Shown in pieces: positions 41,761 to 55,261 of a stretch of DNA of 64,000 nt (the first letter of the stretch is position 1; each line of letters opens with the position of its first letter). The stretch spans positions 9,114,001 to 9,178,000 of the forward strand of contig OX597833.1 of assembly GCA_951406725.2 (NCBI GenBank). Direction: 5' to 3'. Made by a program: the position numbers and the translations under genes. The notes below the pieces were generated by a model. That model was not told the DNA's origin and made no database searches. It was given only the letters and a program-made list of their open reading frames with translations. The stretch is from Octopus vulgaris. Lineage: Eukaryota.

Positions 41761-43985
41761 ACTGTTAACAATCCAGTGGAAATGGCTTATCTACAAACAA
41801 ACCTGTTGACATAGAAAATAAAGTGACATTAATATATTTCTGTTTACAATAATTGAATGTATTAATGATGGAATAGTTTGAGAAAACAGTAAAAGACAAG
41901 AAAAGCTGTTGTTAAGGAATTGTCCAATGAAGGGCTACAAGCAATGTTTCTGTGACTAATGTTGAGGGCAGCAACTATTGGAGCTATCAAGGTGATCTCA
42001 GTCTATTAACTGACTAATTAAGCATAATTACATTAGATATTAATTAACATTGAATGCAATTTGGAAGACTCAATGCTTTTATAATTTTTAACATAACAGA
42101 AATTTTCAGCAATGTATGGAGGGAGTGTGTACAAAGCAATAGAGTGGAGTTAAATGTTTAAATACAAGAGGACAGGGGTGAAAGGAAGATGAGGTGAACG
42201 GGTGAAGGAAGTGGAGATTGAGTGATGGAGAAAATGATGGTGTTAATAATGGTGACCCTTATAGATGTAATGGTGGTGGTGGCAGTGGTGGCTGTGGGCA
42301 TTGTGAATGTTGTTGCTGTTGCTGCTGTTGTTGTTGTTGTCATCATGAAAATTGTGACTGGAAAGGCATCCAAACACTGGAAACACGAGGACAAGCAGTT
42401 CCCTGCATTTCATTTGCAACCTCTAACTTTTAGGTGGGGACAATTGCCTTTATGTTCTGGTCTTGAGGGTCTTGTGAAGTACATCAGAGGACAATCTTCT
42501 TTTCTGTAAACCAAGCCATTAAATAAATAAGAGATTGCAGAAAGCAACATTGAAACCCATGTAATGCAAAATCTATGAATTCAGTCTGAGTCTTATTGTT
42601 TTGATGGCCGTGGCTGGCCTGGCTGATAGAATTGCTTCAGATCATACTTGACAAGATTTGATCTGATAAGATTTTGTTTTGAAATAACTACATGGCTGTG
42701 GAGTCGAAATTATTTTAAACTGGAGCTGTGTCTCAAACACACACACACACACACACAGACACAGACACAGACAGACACACACTCTCTCTCTCTCACCACA
42801 TACCTTTCACGTATCTATTGTCTCCCATTGTTAAAGTAAACACCAACAGTGCTAATATTCCACAACAACAATCACAAAATTCTATTACTATTTTACCAAA
42901 GAAGTGTTGGATATCAGTACCGAACGGGTGATTGTATTTACGAATTTTCTGATGAATTGAAGTGAAATCTGAGCAAGTTTTTCTTCCTTAGTTGGAAAAT
43001 GTTTGGACGTAGTATTGAGGGACTTGCCTATCATTGTGGAGGTGTGTGAGTGTGTGTTTGAGATGTTATAGATATCTGTTTGTACAGAGAATTTCTACCT
43101 TGACATCAAAAGTTACTTTCTGAAATAGACTTAAAATCTGGAGTTAAATCCAGATTAAAAAAAATATTAAAACAAAAGAAATAGAATTAAGGGCTGAGAG
43201 GAAAGTGCAATAATGAGTGGATGATCCTTGATGGTTTGACTAAAGGGCATTGATTCGGTTAATGTTTAACTGTAAGTCAATGTTTAAAGAATAATGTTTA
43301 ATTGAATGTTTCAATATGAGACTAATTTAGTTCATGAGGTAATTAGCATTTCTTACTAATTATACCTTCTCCAGAATCCAATAAAAATACCATTTTTTTA
43401 TGCTGTAAATTTTAACACTTGGAATCCTAAGCCAAGGCATGGTTGTGTGCTGCTCTCAAAACACACAATTATGTCAAACTCACTTAAAACTTATTTTTTG
43501 TGTTAAGTATGAGTGAGTGGTTAGCAACTTCACTAACTCCATTGTCTTAGGTTCAATCCCATTGTATGACAAGTTTGGCAAATGTGTTTTTTATCATAAT
43601 TCAGAATTGGTGAAAGCTTTGTAAAGTGAGGAGGAGAACCCCCCCCCCCCTAGAAGTGTGGTTGCTTATGTTCATATGTGCCCCAGTTGCACCGTCCAAC
43701 CCATACCAGCATGGAAAGCAGACACTAAACGATGATGATGATGATGTGTGTGTGGATATGTGTATGAGTACGTATATGCACCTACATGTTTGTGTGTGTA
43801 TGGGCATGTACATATACATGTTTGTGTGAGTGTGTACGTATGTAGATGTTATCAACGCAGGAGGTTTTCATGTCAATGTGTTGTGAGAATATGGTTGCGT
43901 GTATTTTTTATCTTTTATATTTTTTCCTAACTATTAGAGTAACTTCCCTTTTATTCAACGGTTATTTTATGGTGTCTGTTGCCAT

Positions 43986-44048
43986 TAATAGCCGATGAGA
44001 ATGCATCGTAGCTCTTAGCTCCAGCATTTGAAACTCTGAGTACTATTA
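43986..44048 (+). ncRNA. Minimal type I hammerhead ribozyme-like motif (U4C variant)
   Basis: TAATAG-CCGATGA-GAATGC..GCATTT-GAA-ACTCTGAGT-A-CTATTA: stems I, II, palindromic III, GUA site. Confidence 0.6.
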
Positions 44049-44112
44049 TGACAACTTACTGATTGTCCTAAACAGTTCGTATGTACACACCCACACCCAC
44101 ACACACATACAT

Positions 44113-44154
<42 letters not shown>

Positions 44155-44246
44155 TTAGAGACAAAACCACTATTATGCAAATCAAACAAAGAAAGACTTA
44201 ATCCAATACATAAAAAAATTTTATAAATTAAATATAATTAAGATAT

Positions 44247-44292
44247 CCACTACGATCGTTTCTTGTCACTTCTATTGACATTCATCAGGTGG
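44247..44292 (-). ncRNA. Minimal type I hammerhead ribozyme (Penelope-associated type)
   Basis: CCAC-CUGAUGA-A-UGUCA-AUAGAAG-UGACA-A-GAA-ACGAUCGU-A-GUGG: intact core, palindromic stem III, GUA site; first pair of stem II is an A.A mismatch. Confidence 0.72.
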
Positions 44293-44414
44293 TTTCAAGA
44301 CCTTCTTTGCAAGTTTTAAACTGAAGTCTTCAGTTTAAAACTTGCAAAGAAAGTCTTGTATTGGATTAAGTCTTTCTTTGTTTGATTTGCATAATAGTGG
44401 TTTTGTCTCTAATA

Positions 44415-44459
<45 letters not shown>

Positions 44460-44463
<4 letters not shown>

Positions 44464-46078
44464 AACATGGATTTATAGAGAAAATTTCAACTTCTGAAAC
44501 CAAAATTCAGTCAACTTAGAAAAGGAGACAAAAAAAAAAAAAAATTAGATGAAAAAATGTGATTCTTTATACATGAATACATCAACAAATGAACCAGTGG
44601 TAGTATGGATGGCACCTGGAAAACTGATCCTAGCAGAGAGGGAAAAAACATCTAAGAAGATTTTAGAGTCAAAAACACTATGGCTACAGAAATATGAAAA
44701 GACCAATGAGAACGGACAGATAAAAGCTAAACACTGGCTTTTGATGATAACCTCCAGATCTGAAAAGAGTTCAAACACTAAAAGAAAAGAAGGATTTTCA
44801 CATAACAGACAAAGATCCATCGATCAGTCCCCAAAGAAACAAAAACTTTTGACTCTCCACAGATGTAACAGGAAGTGAGACAAGTCACAAATCTGCAGAA
44901 GCCAAGTCACAAGTCCAACAAAACTACACAGAACAATAACAGAGTGAGAAACCAACCCATAAATGAAGGATCAAAAGTTTACTTAGCCAGAGATAACCAG
45001 CCTGAAGTATGAACATACAGAAGAATGTGAAATCTCAACATAAACACTCCGAAGTCAAATGAAAATCCTTTTTTAAAAGAGATCTTTCATCAGAAAAAGG
45101 ACAAAAAAATAATACCATTCCTCAAAAGACATTTGGAAACATGTACAAGTAAACCTTGAATAATAAATTTATCCAACAAAATAGTATCTCAAGAAGAAAT
45201 TAAACTGTTGGGGAATGGGCTAAAATTTACTTCCACTCCAAAATTGAACCAAAGTGAGTGTAAAAGACACAAAAGATTTTCGCCAAAAGTCATGATTAAG
45301 AGAATTCTTTCAAAATGCTGAACAAACGGATGAATGACGAGTAAAGAACAAGAAAGGATTTGAACCACCTTTAATCAGAGACAAACATTTGGAAGAATAA
45401 ATAACCTTGTGACAGTCAGTGGAGTCCAACATTACAAAGAGGAAATGTGTTGATTTAATTAAAAAAACAATTTACAAAACAAATCATCAATAATCAAGGA
45501 AACCAACAAAGATGGAGAAATCATAATTTGGGACAAAACCCATTCGAGAGACAAGGTTCTGGAACAACTTAATAATAAACCCTTCGACAGGAAGCTAAAT
45601 AAAAACAAAGATAAAAAAGCCATGAACAAAGCATGTGGATTCATCTCAAGGCACCAAAATAGCCTCAGATAGAATGATGTCAATTATTTAACCAACTTTG
45701 AAGTAAAGACCAATAAATTCAATGGATCACCTAAAGTTCATAAATCAAAACTAATTCAAGACAACATAACAGGAAAACATAAAACAAATGTCAAAATTGC
45801 AAAACCTACAGACTGGAAACTACACTCAATCATAGCTGGACAAACATAAAAAAGCACACTGCTTAAATGACCGAAAGGAGAGGATACTGAAACCTTTATG
45901 CAACATGGTACCAAGCTTCATCTGAGGAAATATGGGATTTCTAAATTACATTCCTCAAAGTGTACATCAAGAGACAATTCTCCCTAGCTTAGATATAAGT
46001 AGTCCATACACCAATATCCCACATGACTTGGGAATAGAAAGTGTGAACCTCTGCTTGACAAAATGTCCAGGAAATATT
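44460..46078 (+). mobile_element. Penelope-like retroelement remnant (N-terminus and RT up to motif A)
   Basis: LLGNGLKFTSTPK, IIKETNKDGEIIIWDK, FNGSPKVHKS, LDISSPYTNIPHDLG correspond to PLE RT motifs (LxKGLxFxPTP, ADKG, YGLPKIHK, DVxSLYTNIP); many stops. Confidence 0.85.
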
Positions 46079-46420
46079 ACTCTTTTACTCTTTAACTCTT
46101 TCACTTGTTTCAGTCATTTGACTGTGGCCATGATGGAGCACCACCTTTAGTCGAGCAAATCGACCCCAGGACTTATTCTTTGTAAGCCTAGTACTTATTC
46201 TATCAGTCTCTTTTGCCGAACTGCTAAGTTACGGGGATGTAAACACACCACCATTGGTTGTCAAGCGATGTTGGGGGACAAACACAGACACACACACACA
46301 CATATATGTATACATATATACGATGGGCTTCATTCAGTTTCCGTCTACCAAATCCACTCACAAGGCTTGAAAAATGATATTTGTTTACAATTAGCATATA
46401 AAAAAGACAAGGAAACCACA

Positions 46421-46497
<77 letters not shown>

Positions 46498-47169
46498 AGT
46501 TTCAGTTAGGTAAATTTCCTCATAAGGTTTTGGTCAGGTTGGGGCTGTAGTGGAAACACCTGCTCAAGGTACCACTTAATAGGATTATATGAAGACACTA
46601 CCAACAGTATTAGACTTTGTTGAAAACTGCACAACATTCCAAAGATAAATGAAGAACTCTTGGCTAAAGGAGTGGTACACATATAAGAATCTATTATTAA
46701 CAGGGATGAGAAGCTGAGGGGGGAGGGAAACCCCTTTTGTTAGTGGTTGCATGGCTGGTTGATTGATTGGTTTGTTGGTGCCTTCTAAAAGCTAATTAGT
46801 TTCTCAGGAATCTAAAAGGTAAGAGGGAGGGAAAAGTGGGAGTAGCAGTGGCAGTAGTAGTGGTGCTCTTAGTGAAATGTAGTGATGTGGTGGCAAGCAA
46901 GCTTGTTAAGAATATAAGAGCCAAGAAGATGGAGCAAAATGAGGGCAGTGGAAGGAGTAACTCCAGTTGAATATTCATCCCCATCATCATCATCATCATC
47001 TTTTTAATGTCTGTTGTCCATACTGACACAGGTTGCACAGTTTGACAGGAACCTGCAAGCTGGAGGGTTGCACCAGGATCAAAATGTCTGCTTTGGCATA
47101 GTTTCTATGGCCAGATGCCCTTCCTAAAGCCAACCCATTTACAAAGTGTACTGGATGCTTTTGAAGCAA

Positions 47170-47199
<30 letters not shown>

Positions 47200-47202
<3 letters not shown>

Positions 47203-47830
47203 AGTAGTCTTATTTTTATCACGTGCTTTCACACTCACCACCGAGCACAGCTCTGTGTGCCTTGGGTATTTGTGGTTTGTTTTGTTGTTATTTTTCCTGT
47301 ATTGAAAGTGCTTTGCGTAGGATGTGTGCAGTACCTAGTGCTGCTATTTTCTTTATGTTATATACATTCATAAGTCCTGGTGTTTTGGTTATGTATTTGT
47401 CTGAATGTCTTTTAATCATACTTAATGCACCTACTATTATAGGAATTGTTTCTGTTTTAGGTTCCACATTCGAGTTACCCTCCATCTATGTCAAACTTGG
47501 GTGCTGCATCCTAAATTCTCTCATTACTTTTCTTATCTTCCTGTCTAATTTAGTTAGTCCATTTAGAGACCAATTAAGGATACTGAAGCTGTAACTTATA
47601 ACTGGGATGGCTAGAGTGTTGATACCTATCATCTTGTTTTTTGCATTGAGCTCTCTTTTAAGTATTAATCTAACTTGTCTATGGTATTTCTTCCTTATCT
47701 TCTCTTTCACTTGTGTGTGTTGTACTGTATCTTGTTCACTGATTTGTATGTCTGGCTTTGGTCTAGTTTCCCTCTTTTCAAGGTTGGTTTGGCACATTTT
47801 TATAAGTAGAATTTCATGTTTATTTCTTTG
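47200..47830 (-). mobile_element. R4/Dong-like LINE remnant, internally deleted
   Basis: ILKRELNAKNKMIGINTLAIPVISYSF..LDRKIRK and IPIIVGALSMI..IAALGTAHILRKALS. Confidence 0.8.
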
Positions 47831-49034
47831 GTAAATTCATGCACTTTATTATTATTATTATTATTATTTGCCTGTCTTTACATTCTGTGTTCAAATGCCT
47901 CTGCAGTTGACTTTACCTTTCATCCTTTTGGAATCAATGGAATAAGTACCAGTGGAGTACTGGGGTCGATAAAACTGACTAGCCCTTCCCACAAAACTTC
48001 AGGCCTTGTAGTTTGTTATTATTATTATTAAGATATGAAACAATAGAATAGAGGTGTGGAAACCTCTTATTAAGGGAACTGAAGTGAACATATGAGGACG
48101 TTGAGACAAGTGCTGATGTGTAAGTCAAGGACAATGTGTGTGTGTGTGTGTCTGTGAGGGTGTGTGTATGTGTGAGTGTGGGTGAGGGTGTATGTGTATG
48201 TGAGACTGAGTGTGTGTGAGGGTGTGTGTGTGTGTGTGAATGTAGTAGATAGTAAGAAGGGAAAAACTGAGATGTGGGGGTGGGGCTTTGTGATGTATGG
48301 GGAAGATAATAATTGTGGAATGATATATCAAGGAATGTGGGTTGAAAGAAAGACTGAGAAAAACACAAGAGGAATTGTAGAAAGTTCATGTAAGGATAGT
48401 GAGCTTCAGAGATGAAAGATGAGCAGTGAGATGATGCTGGGTATGAGTCAACCTAGCAAACCCACAAGCATGGAAAAATGGATATAATGATAATGAGGAT
48501 GAATGAGCAGGTAGATGCATGCATACATACATATGTATGTGTATATATATATATGTGTGTGTGTGTGTACATACATAGCTATCCATCCGTCTACTCTCCC
48601 CTGATCCCTACCTCTACTGTTTGCTCAATTTCTCCTTCCCTCTCATGCTCTACATTACCCACTTTCTCAGCACCTATCATTGTAAATATACAAATAACTT
48701 ATAAATAATATATACCCTCATCATTTAATGTTCATTTTCTATGCTGGCATAGGTTAGACAACTTGACAGGAACTGGCAAACCAGAAGACTGCGCCAAGCT
48801 CTGCTGTTTGCTTTGGTATGGCTTCTATTGCTGGACACCCTTCCTAATGTCAACCACTTTATAGAGTGCACTGGGTGCTTTTTACATGGCATTATCAGCA
48901 GTGAGGTCACCAACTAATTTACAAAACCCCACAACTGAGCAGTATTCAGGGAGGTGGCTTTGTGCCAAGTGAGGTTACAATATAAATAGAACAGAATTAG
49001 GTGTCTTGCAGTAAAAGAGATACATGGCGAAAGA

Positions 49035-49117
<83 letters not shown>

Positions 49118-49174
49118 TAAGTATTAGGGGTGAGAGTGAAAGTGAGAGTGGTGAGTAATGAAAAATAGAGAAAA

Positions 49175-50628
49175 ATTAAATCACCTGTTATATATAGATG
49201 ACTTAGACATCTTTGGAAAGAGTGAAAGTGAAATAACTGGTCTGGTATGCTTATAAAAAACAAAAGGTAAAGTTGTGTCGTCTGATGGTATAGAACTATC
49301 CAATGGCGAGAGAATCAAAGATGTTGAGATTGATGGATATAAGTATCTGGGTATTTTGGAGTCTGACAAAACAGAGGAGAGTGAGATGAAAGAAAGTTTT
49401 AGGTGAGAATACCTCAGAAGAATCAAATCAATTATGGAAAGTAGACTCAATGGAAAGAACAAGACCAGGGCAAAGAATAGATGAGCTGTTTCCTCAATGC
49501 AATGGAGTGCAGGTGTTGTTGGTTGAACAAAGAACAAGATTGAGGAAATGGAGAGAAAAACCAAGAAGTGATGACAATTAACAAAGAACTGAACCCAAAA
49601 AGCAATATTGACTGGCTGCATGTGTCTAGGAACAAGGGAGGAAGAAGCCTCATAAGATGCAAGTTCTGTGTTGCCTACAAGAAGAAAAATCTGGGATGGG
49701 ACATCAAACAGCAGAGTGAATTCTTGCTTGTCACTGTTAGAAATAACAACATGATACCTACCGAAAATATGACACCCCAAAACATTTAAAAACCAAGATG
49801 AAGAGCAAAGATTAAACAACTGGAAAATGAAATCAATGCATGGGTAGTACCTGAGAGAAATCAAAGAGAAAGACAAGACCAACACCTGGAGGTGGCACTG
49901 AGACATTGATATGTGGCACCCAAGAACAAATTCTGAGAGTTAATTACATCAAATTCAAAATATCACATGTGAGTGAGTGTAGCAAACTGGCACCAAAGGA
50001 ATAGAAAAGGAGGCACGATATAGTGGCTAAGATTGTTCACTTGAGATTGAGTGAGAAGTATAGTCTTGGAAGAACACAGAAATGCTATGAACAAAAACCA
50101 GAAGGCATCACTGAGAATAATGAATATAAGATCCTTGAGACCCTGTGGGATTTTACAATCCAATGTAGCTCCCTAAAAGATGCCTAAAGACCAGACATTG
50201 TTGTAGTGGATTAAAGGAAAAAGGAAACTAAGATTACAGATACTACCATACCTTGGGACACACATGGAAAAGGTGGAAAAACACAAATTGCTAAAAGACA
50301 AAATCGTAAGAATGCGGTCAGTGTAACTGTTATGGGGCAGTCAGTGCACTAAAAATCAAGTTTGAGAAATATGCGGGAGAAATTGAAATTGACATGAGAG
50401 TAGAGCATGCTAAAAAAAACCTACTCTGTTGGGTGGGAAGAGGAAGGATTTTGAGATTGGTGATTGGGTGTTAAGCATCTTCCATGATACTTAACATCTA
50501 GGTACCAAGTCTTATAACTCATGGAAAAAGACCCTGAGAGAGACTCTGTGAGACCTTTGACAACAGATTGTTGTCTGCACTCACTGAATTAACCAGAGCA
50601 AGTAAGATCGAAAGTTCTGAGAAGTAAA

Positions 50629-50632
<4 letters not shown>
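49175..50632 (+). mobile_element. R4/Dong-like LINE remnant ending in (TAA)n
   Basis: NHLLYIDDL, YKYLGILE, EYLRRIKSIMESRLNGKNK, LWDFTIQC, RPDIVVVD; many stops. Confidence 0.8.
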
Positions 50633-50684
<52 letters not shown>

Positions 50685-51200
50685 GGTATAAAAGTTGGGC
50701 TACAGCAGGTATAAAAGATGGGTTACAGAAGGTACAAAAGATGGGCTACAGCAAATATTCTGCTCAATACCACAGATTTGCTTGTCAGTTGTTTGACTAT
50801 AACCAGTTGACCATGTCCCTCAGTGTCTGATGATATGTGCATCTCTGACCACAAGCAGAAGTAATGGGGGAGCATCATAACCATGTGTTGAGAGGGATTC
50901 TTTGGAGTTTGGATAATTCACCTTTGGAAACATGGGTGTTTTGTTCAACATCCTTAAAAAAAACCTTAGTCAAGGACGTTTTAAGTGATATACTCTATTC
51001 TGCTTGAAGAAAATTCTAACTGGGCTCCACCTTTAAGGTCATGTGTTTTTATCTTGATACGAGATCACCATGTTGCACACATATGGTTGTGATGCATGTA
51101 CCTGGTGTACCCTTATCAGACAGGTAGTCATGATGGGTAAACTGGGCTTTGTATATTTTACCCCAGTGTCACTTTGATTGCATGCATTGCTCTCTTACTC

Positions 51201-51240
<40 letters not shown>

Positions 51241-51244
<4 letters not shown>

Positions 51245-52005
51245 TGACCCAAAATGCCAGTTCTGTAACGATGAGATTGAAACAATAGACCACCTAATCT
51301 CAGGGTGTAGAGTCTTAGCATCTCCAGAATATAAAGCATGACATGACAGAGTCGGCCAGTATTTACATTGGACAATATGTCGGCATTATAAAATCAAAAC
51401 CGCTGACAAATGGTATAAACATCATCCTGAAGCTGTGACTGAGGGAGAAAATGTGTCGATTCTATGGGACTTCACCGTGCAGACCGACAGGACTATAAAA
51501 GCTAATAAACTGGATATTATTATAAAAGATCAGACAAAAAGTATGTGTTTATTAATCGACATGAGTATTCCCTGTGATCACAATATAGTGGCGAAAGAAT
51601 TTGACAAGATTAGTAAATATAAAGACCTGCTAATGGAAATTGGAAAAATGTGGCATCTCAAGACGACTACAGTACCAGTGATTGTAGGATCTCTAGGAAT
51701 GATAAAAAAGGTACTGAAACCTATTTGAAAATGATTCCAGGCTTACCAGCCCTACAGGAAGTGCAAAAAATCGTATTAACTGGAATGGCTCATGTACTGA
51801 GAAGAGCACTATCGCTGTGAAAATAACATCCATCCATGAATTTATTTATTTATTAATTTTTAAATACATATTTTATCTTTGAATTTGCGCGTGTAATCTG
51901 GGAATGCATACAATGCCCTTCTCTGCCCTAGGTGTATGGAAAACACTCAGCGAGAAACGGAAGAAAATTTGAAGAAAGAAGGAAAAAACACGATAATAAT
52001 AATAA
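51241..52005 (+). mobile_element. R4/Dong-like LINE 3' fragment (CCHC and restriction-like endonuclease) between (TAA)n tracts
   Basis: CQFCNDEIETIDHLISGC, ILWDFTVQTDRTIKANKLDIII, IDMSIP, KISKYKDL. Confidence 0.87.
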
Positions 52006-53010
52006 GTAAAAATGTAAGTTGAGGATGTTACATGTAAATAATCTCATAGACCGAGCAGAAAAAATAAGGCAAAAGTTCTCATGGTGGAAAAGAAGACTTG
52101 GGAATCAAGTTGAACAGTTCAACAGATCTTGGAAGGTTAAATAATAGTAATTAAAAAGAAGTCAGGGAAGGAAAAACATAAAGATGAGCTTAAAAGAAGG
52201 TTACAGGTAGCTAAAGAAGAGGAAAGACAAAAATTTAAGGCAAAGTTAAGGCACAAAAACAAAACAAAAAGAGACCAGATACCAACGGAAGAAACCAATA
52301 TTGGCTGAAGAGGGTCTTCAGAAACAATGAAAGAAGATTTTACCAACAGCTGAACAATGAGGATGAACATGAGGGGAATGTTTACCAAACACTGAAGCAG
52401 TAAGGAACTTTTGGTTAGATATTTGGAACAAAGAAGTTCAATGAAACAGAAAATTAGACTATTTATGGAAATGAAAAAGGGAAATGCAAAATAAAACAAC
52501 CCCTGGGCCAAACGGTGTTCAGGGATTCTGGTTCCAATGTCTCTCAAGTACACACAGCTCTAAACAACTGTTTCTTAGTGACTGTATAGAAAATAAAATA
52601 CCAATATGAATGATAAAATGGACAGTACTGATAGAGAGCAGAAGTTAGCAATTATAGAGCAATCAGATGCTTACCAATACTCTGGGAATTATTAACTGGC
52701 CTCTTAGCAGATAAGATATAAAACATTCTGGAGAAGAAGAATCTGTTGCTAGAAAAGTAAGAAGGATGCAGAAAGATGCCTGCTTGCATCTTTTTGATCG
52801 ACAGTGTGATATTGAGATAAGAAGTTTCTTAATGGATGGATAGACTACAAAAAGCATAAGATACTGTATCACACTATCATTTCTGCTTAGCGCATGCACA
52901 CACACACACACACAAGATCTCAGTATTTGTTTTTCTGTTCTTGAAGTGAAATAATTATCTTATATACTAAAATAGAATTTTAAAATACTTGAGAGAGAGA
53001 GAGAGAGAGA

Positions 53011-53081
<71 letters not shown>

Positions 53082-53842
53082 TGTGTGTGTGTTTGTTTGA
53101 ATGAGAGAAAGAATAAAAGAATGAGATAACTAAAGATCTAGTTGATATTACAAACTTTGCTATGTCTTGATATTCTTCCTTCCTCACTCCTTTCTGTTTA
53201 AATTTCCACATCACTTTCCTCCACTTTCTCTTGTATTCTCTGTCTTGTTGTCTCTCTACCTCTCTCTCTCTCCTTATCTCTCCCTTCCTCTCTTTCTCAT
53301 TTCCTCTTCCCCTTCATCTTTCCCTAGCTGAGTTACCTTACTGCCATGCAAAAAGGAAGTAGGTAGGTAGGACATACTATTGTATTAATATATAAATTTT
53401 AATATATTTGAAATGATTTCCTGATTGAATTGGAGGTAATAATGAGAAGTGAAGAGAGGGAAGAGTAGAAATAAATAAATAAATAAGAAATATGAGATGG
53501 AGATGAAAAGAATGAGAGGTGGAAGTAAAGAGGTCAAAGAAGTCAGAGAGAAAGGGGGAGAAAGAGATAAGGAAGGAGATTAGTGGAAGGGAGGGGAAAG
53601 AAAGATTCAGTTTGTTTTTGAAAAAAGAAAGGGGGGGGGAAACTCATTTTAAAAATAAAACACATATGGAACGTTAGATAGCATCCACATTATCTAGGTT
53701 AGGGTTGGCAATCTAAAACGGTAGTGTGTGTCTGAGGCAAAAAGGAAGGGAGAGTGGAGGGAATTTTAAGTTTGCTTTTCTAAAGAAAGGGATTGAGTTG
53801 GACAAGCAACAGCCGTGCAGAGATCTTTTACTGTTTACTCAC

Positions 53843-54085
53843 CCTGTATATCTCAGCTATTTTATGACTGAGAGCAACTTGATCGGTTATATTATGACTT
53901 ACAACGGGCATCTCTTCATCAAACTCAGGAAAGGTGACCAGAGGCCTGTAGTCGAGGTCGTGGCTTGAGTCAAAACTGGATGACAATCCCAGGTAGTCAG
54001 ACATGTTGATAGTCACTGAGGACATACACAGTGCGTTGCGGACAACTTCTTCTACTACTCCAAGGTCAACAACTTCTTCAGACTC
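53843..54085 (-). CDS. C2CD2L: C2CD2L-like exon C (end of SMP and linker), ESEEVVDLGVVEEVVRNALC...IAEIYR
   Basis: ttcctag acceptor, AGG|gtgagt donor, 243 nt, phase 0-0. Confidence 0.82.
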
Positions 54086-54205
54086 CTAGGAACATTTAGA
54101 AACAATAAAATATATTTTTAAGATCTGCAAACTTTAGAAGAAATGAGCAAAAAAGTTAGAATATTTATGATAATGACAACATGTATACATACATATGCAT
54201 ATATA

Positions 54206-55029
54206 GAGGGTGCAATGGGTAAATTGTCATCATTTTTAGTTTTGTGCATGTGCATTTTTTGTAGGGTCAGCTGGGCACTGTCTGTGAGGAAAACAACACC
54301 ATGATGCAATTTACTCAGCCAGAAATTTGGAAACGACATGCTGTACTGCTTGGCATTTGTGCTGGAAGCTCCAATATGAACATTTTAGAGTGTTTGGGTG
54401 TCAATCTGAGGACATCTACCAAGAGTGATAAAAATCAAACATCTAGTCAACATCATGGTGTTTGGAGTGATCACTAGTGATGGCAAAGTTATGCCTCCAT
54501 TCATCTTCTCACATGGCCTCAGACTCGACATAGAAGCCTACATCAAGTGCCTGGAGGAGGTAGTGCTGCCCTGGATCAAGAGGGTGGCTTCTGGAAGACC
54601 CTACGTCTGGCAACAGGACTCTGCACCATGTCACACAAGTAGGAGAACGCAGTCATGGCAGTCAGACAATTTCGGTGACCACATCACCCCTAACATCTGG
54701 CCACCTAACTCCCTAGACTGCAACACCCTTGATTATTATGTGTGGGGTGCAGTTGAGCGAGAGACCAACAAAACTCCTTGTCACACCAAAGATGAACTGA
54801 AGGCAAGGATTATGACAGTATTCGCCAATTTAAATAAGGAGACCATCCAAAAGACTTGCAGGATCTTCCAAAGTCATCTGGAGGCCATGGCTGATTTTAT
54901 TGAATAAATTTACTCTTTAGTATTTCAAGATATTTTTATGTAATTTTGGTAAATATATCTGTTAAAATGAAATGTCAGAGTTATTTTCATTTTTGTGTAA
55001 TTTAGATGACAGTTATTCACTGCACCCTG
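54206..55029 (+). mobile_element. Tc1/mariner DD37D (maT-type) transposon, internally deleted
   Basis: TA|GAGGGTGCAATGGGTAAATTGTCATC...GATGACAGTTATTCACTGCACCCTG|TA TIRs and TA TSD; ORF 54425-54907 has QQDSAPCH and NTLDY with 37 residues between the two Asp. Confidence 0.9.
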
Positions 55030-55261
55030 TATATACACACACACATATATACATATATATACACACACAGACACACATATATGTTTATTCTTTTATTTGT
55101 TTCAGTTATGCGGCTGCAGCCATTCTGGAACATCAGGATTTTGCACTGTTACTTATGATTATCCTTTGGCTGATTTCCTCAAGTTGGGGGTTTCATGTTA
55201 CCACTCCTGTATGTGCCATTGTCCCAGCTGTTGGCCCATTTGGTATTCTAGTGCAATGGAC

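Noticed and set aside
42400-42510. Missing exon in the 21.5-kb intron
   Set aside because: Phase-0 reading from the ttacag acceptor hits a stop, and exons C and D already join in frame.
42940-42980. CTGATGA...GAAA as a further hammerhead
   Set aside because: No convincing stem I or II and no UH site in register; at most a heavily decayed relic.
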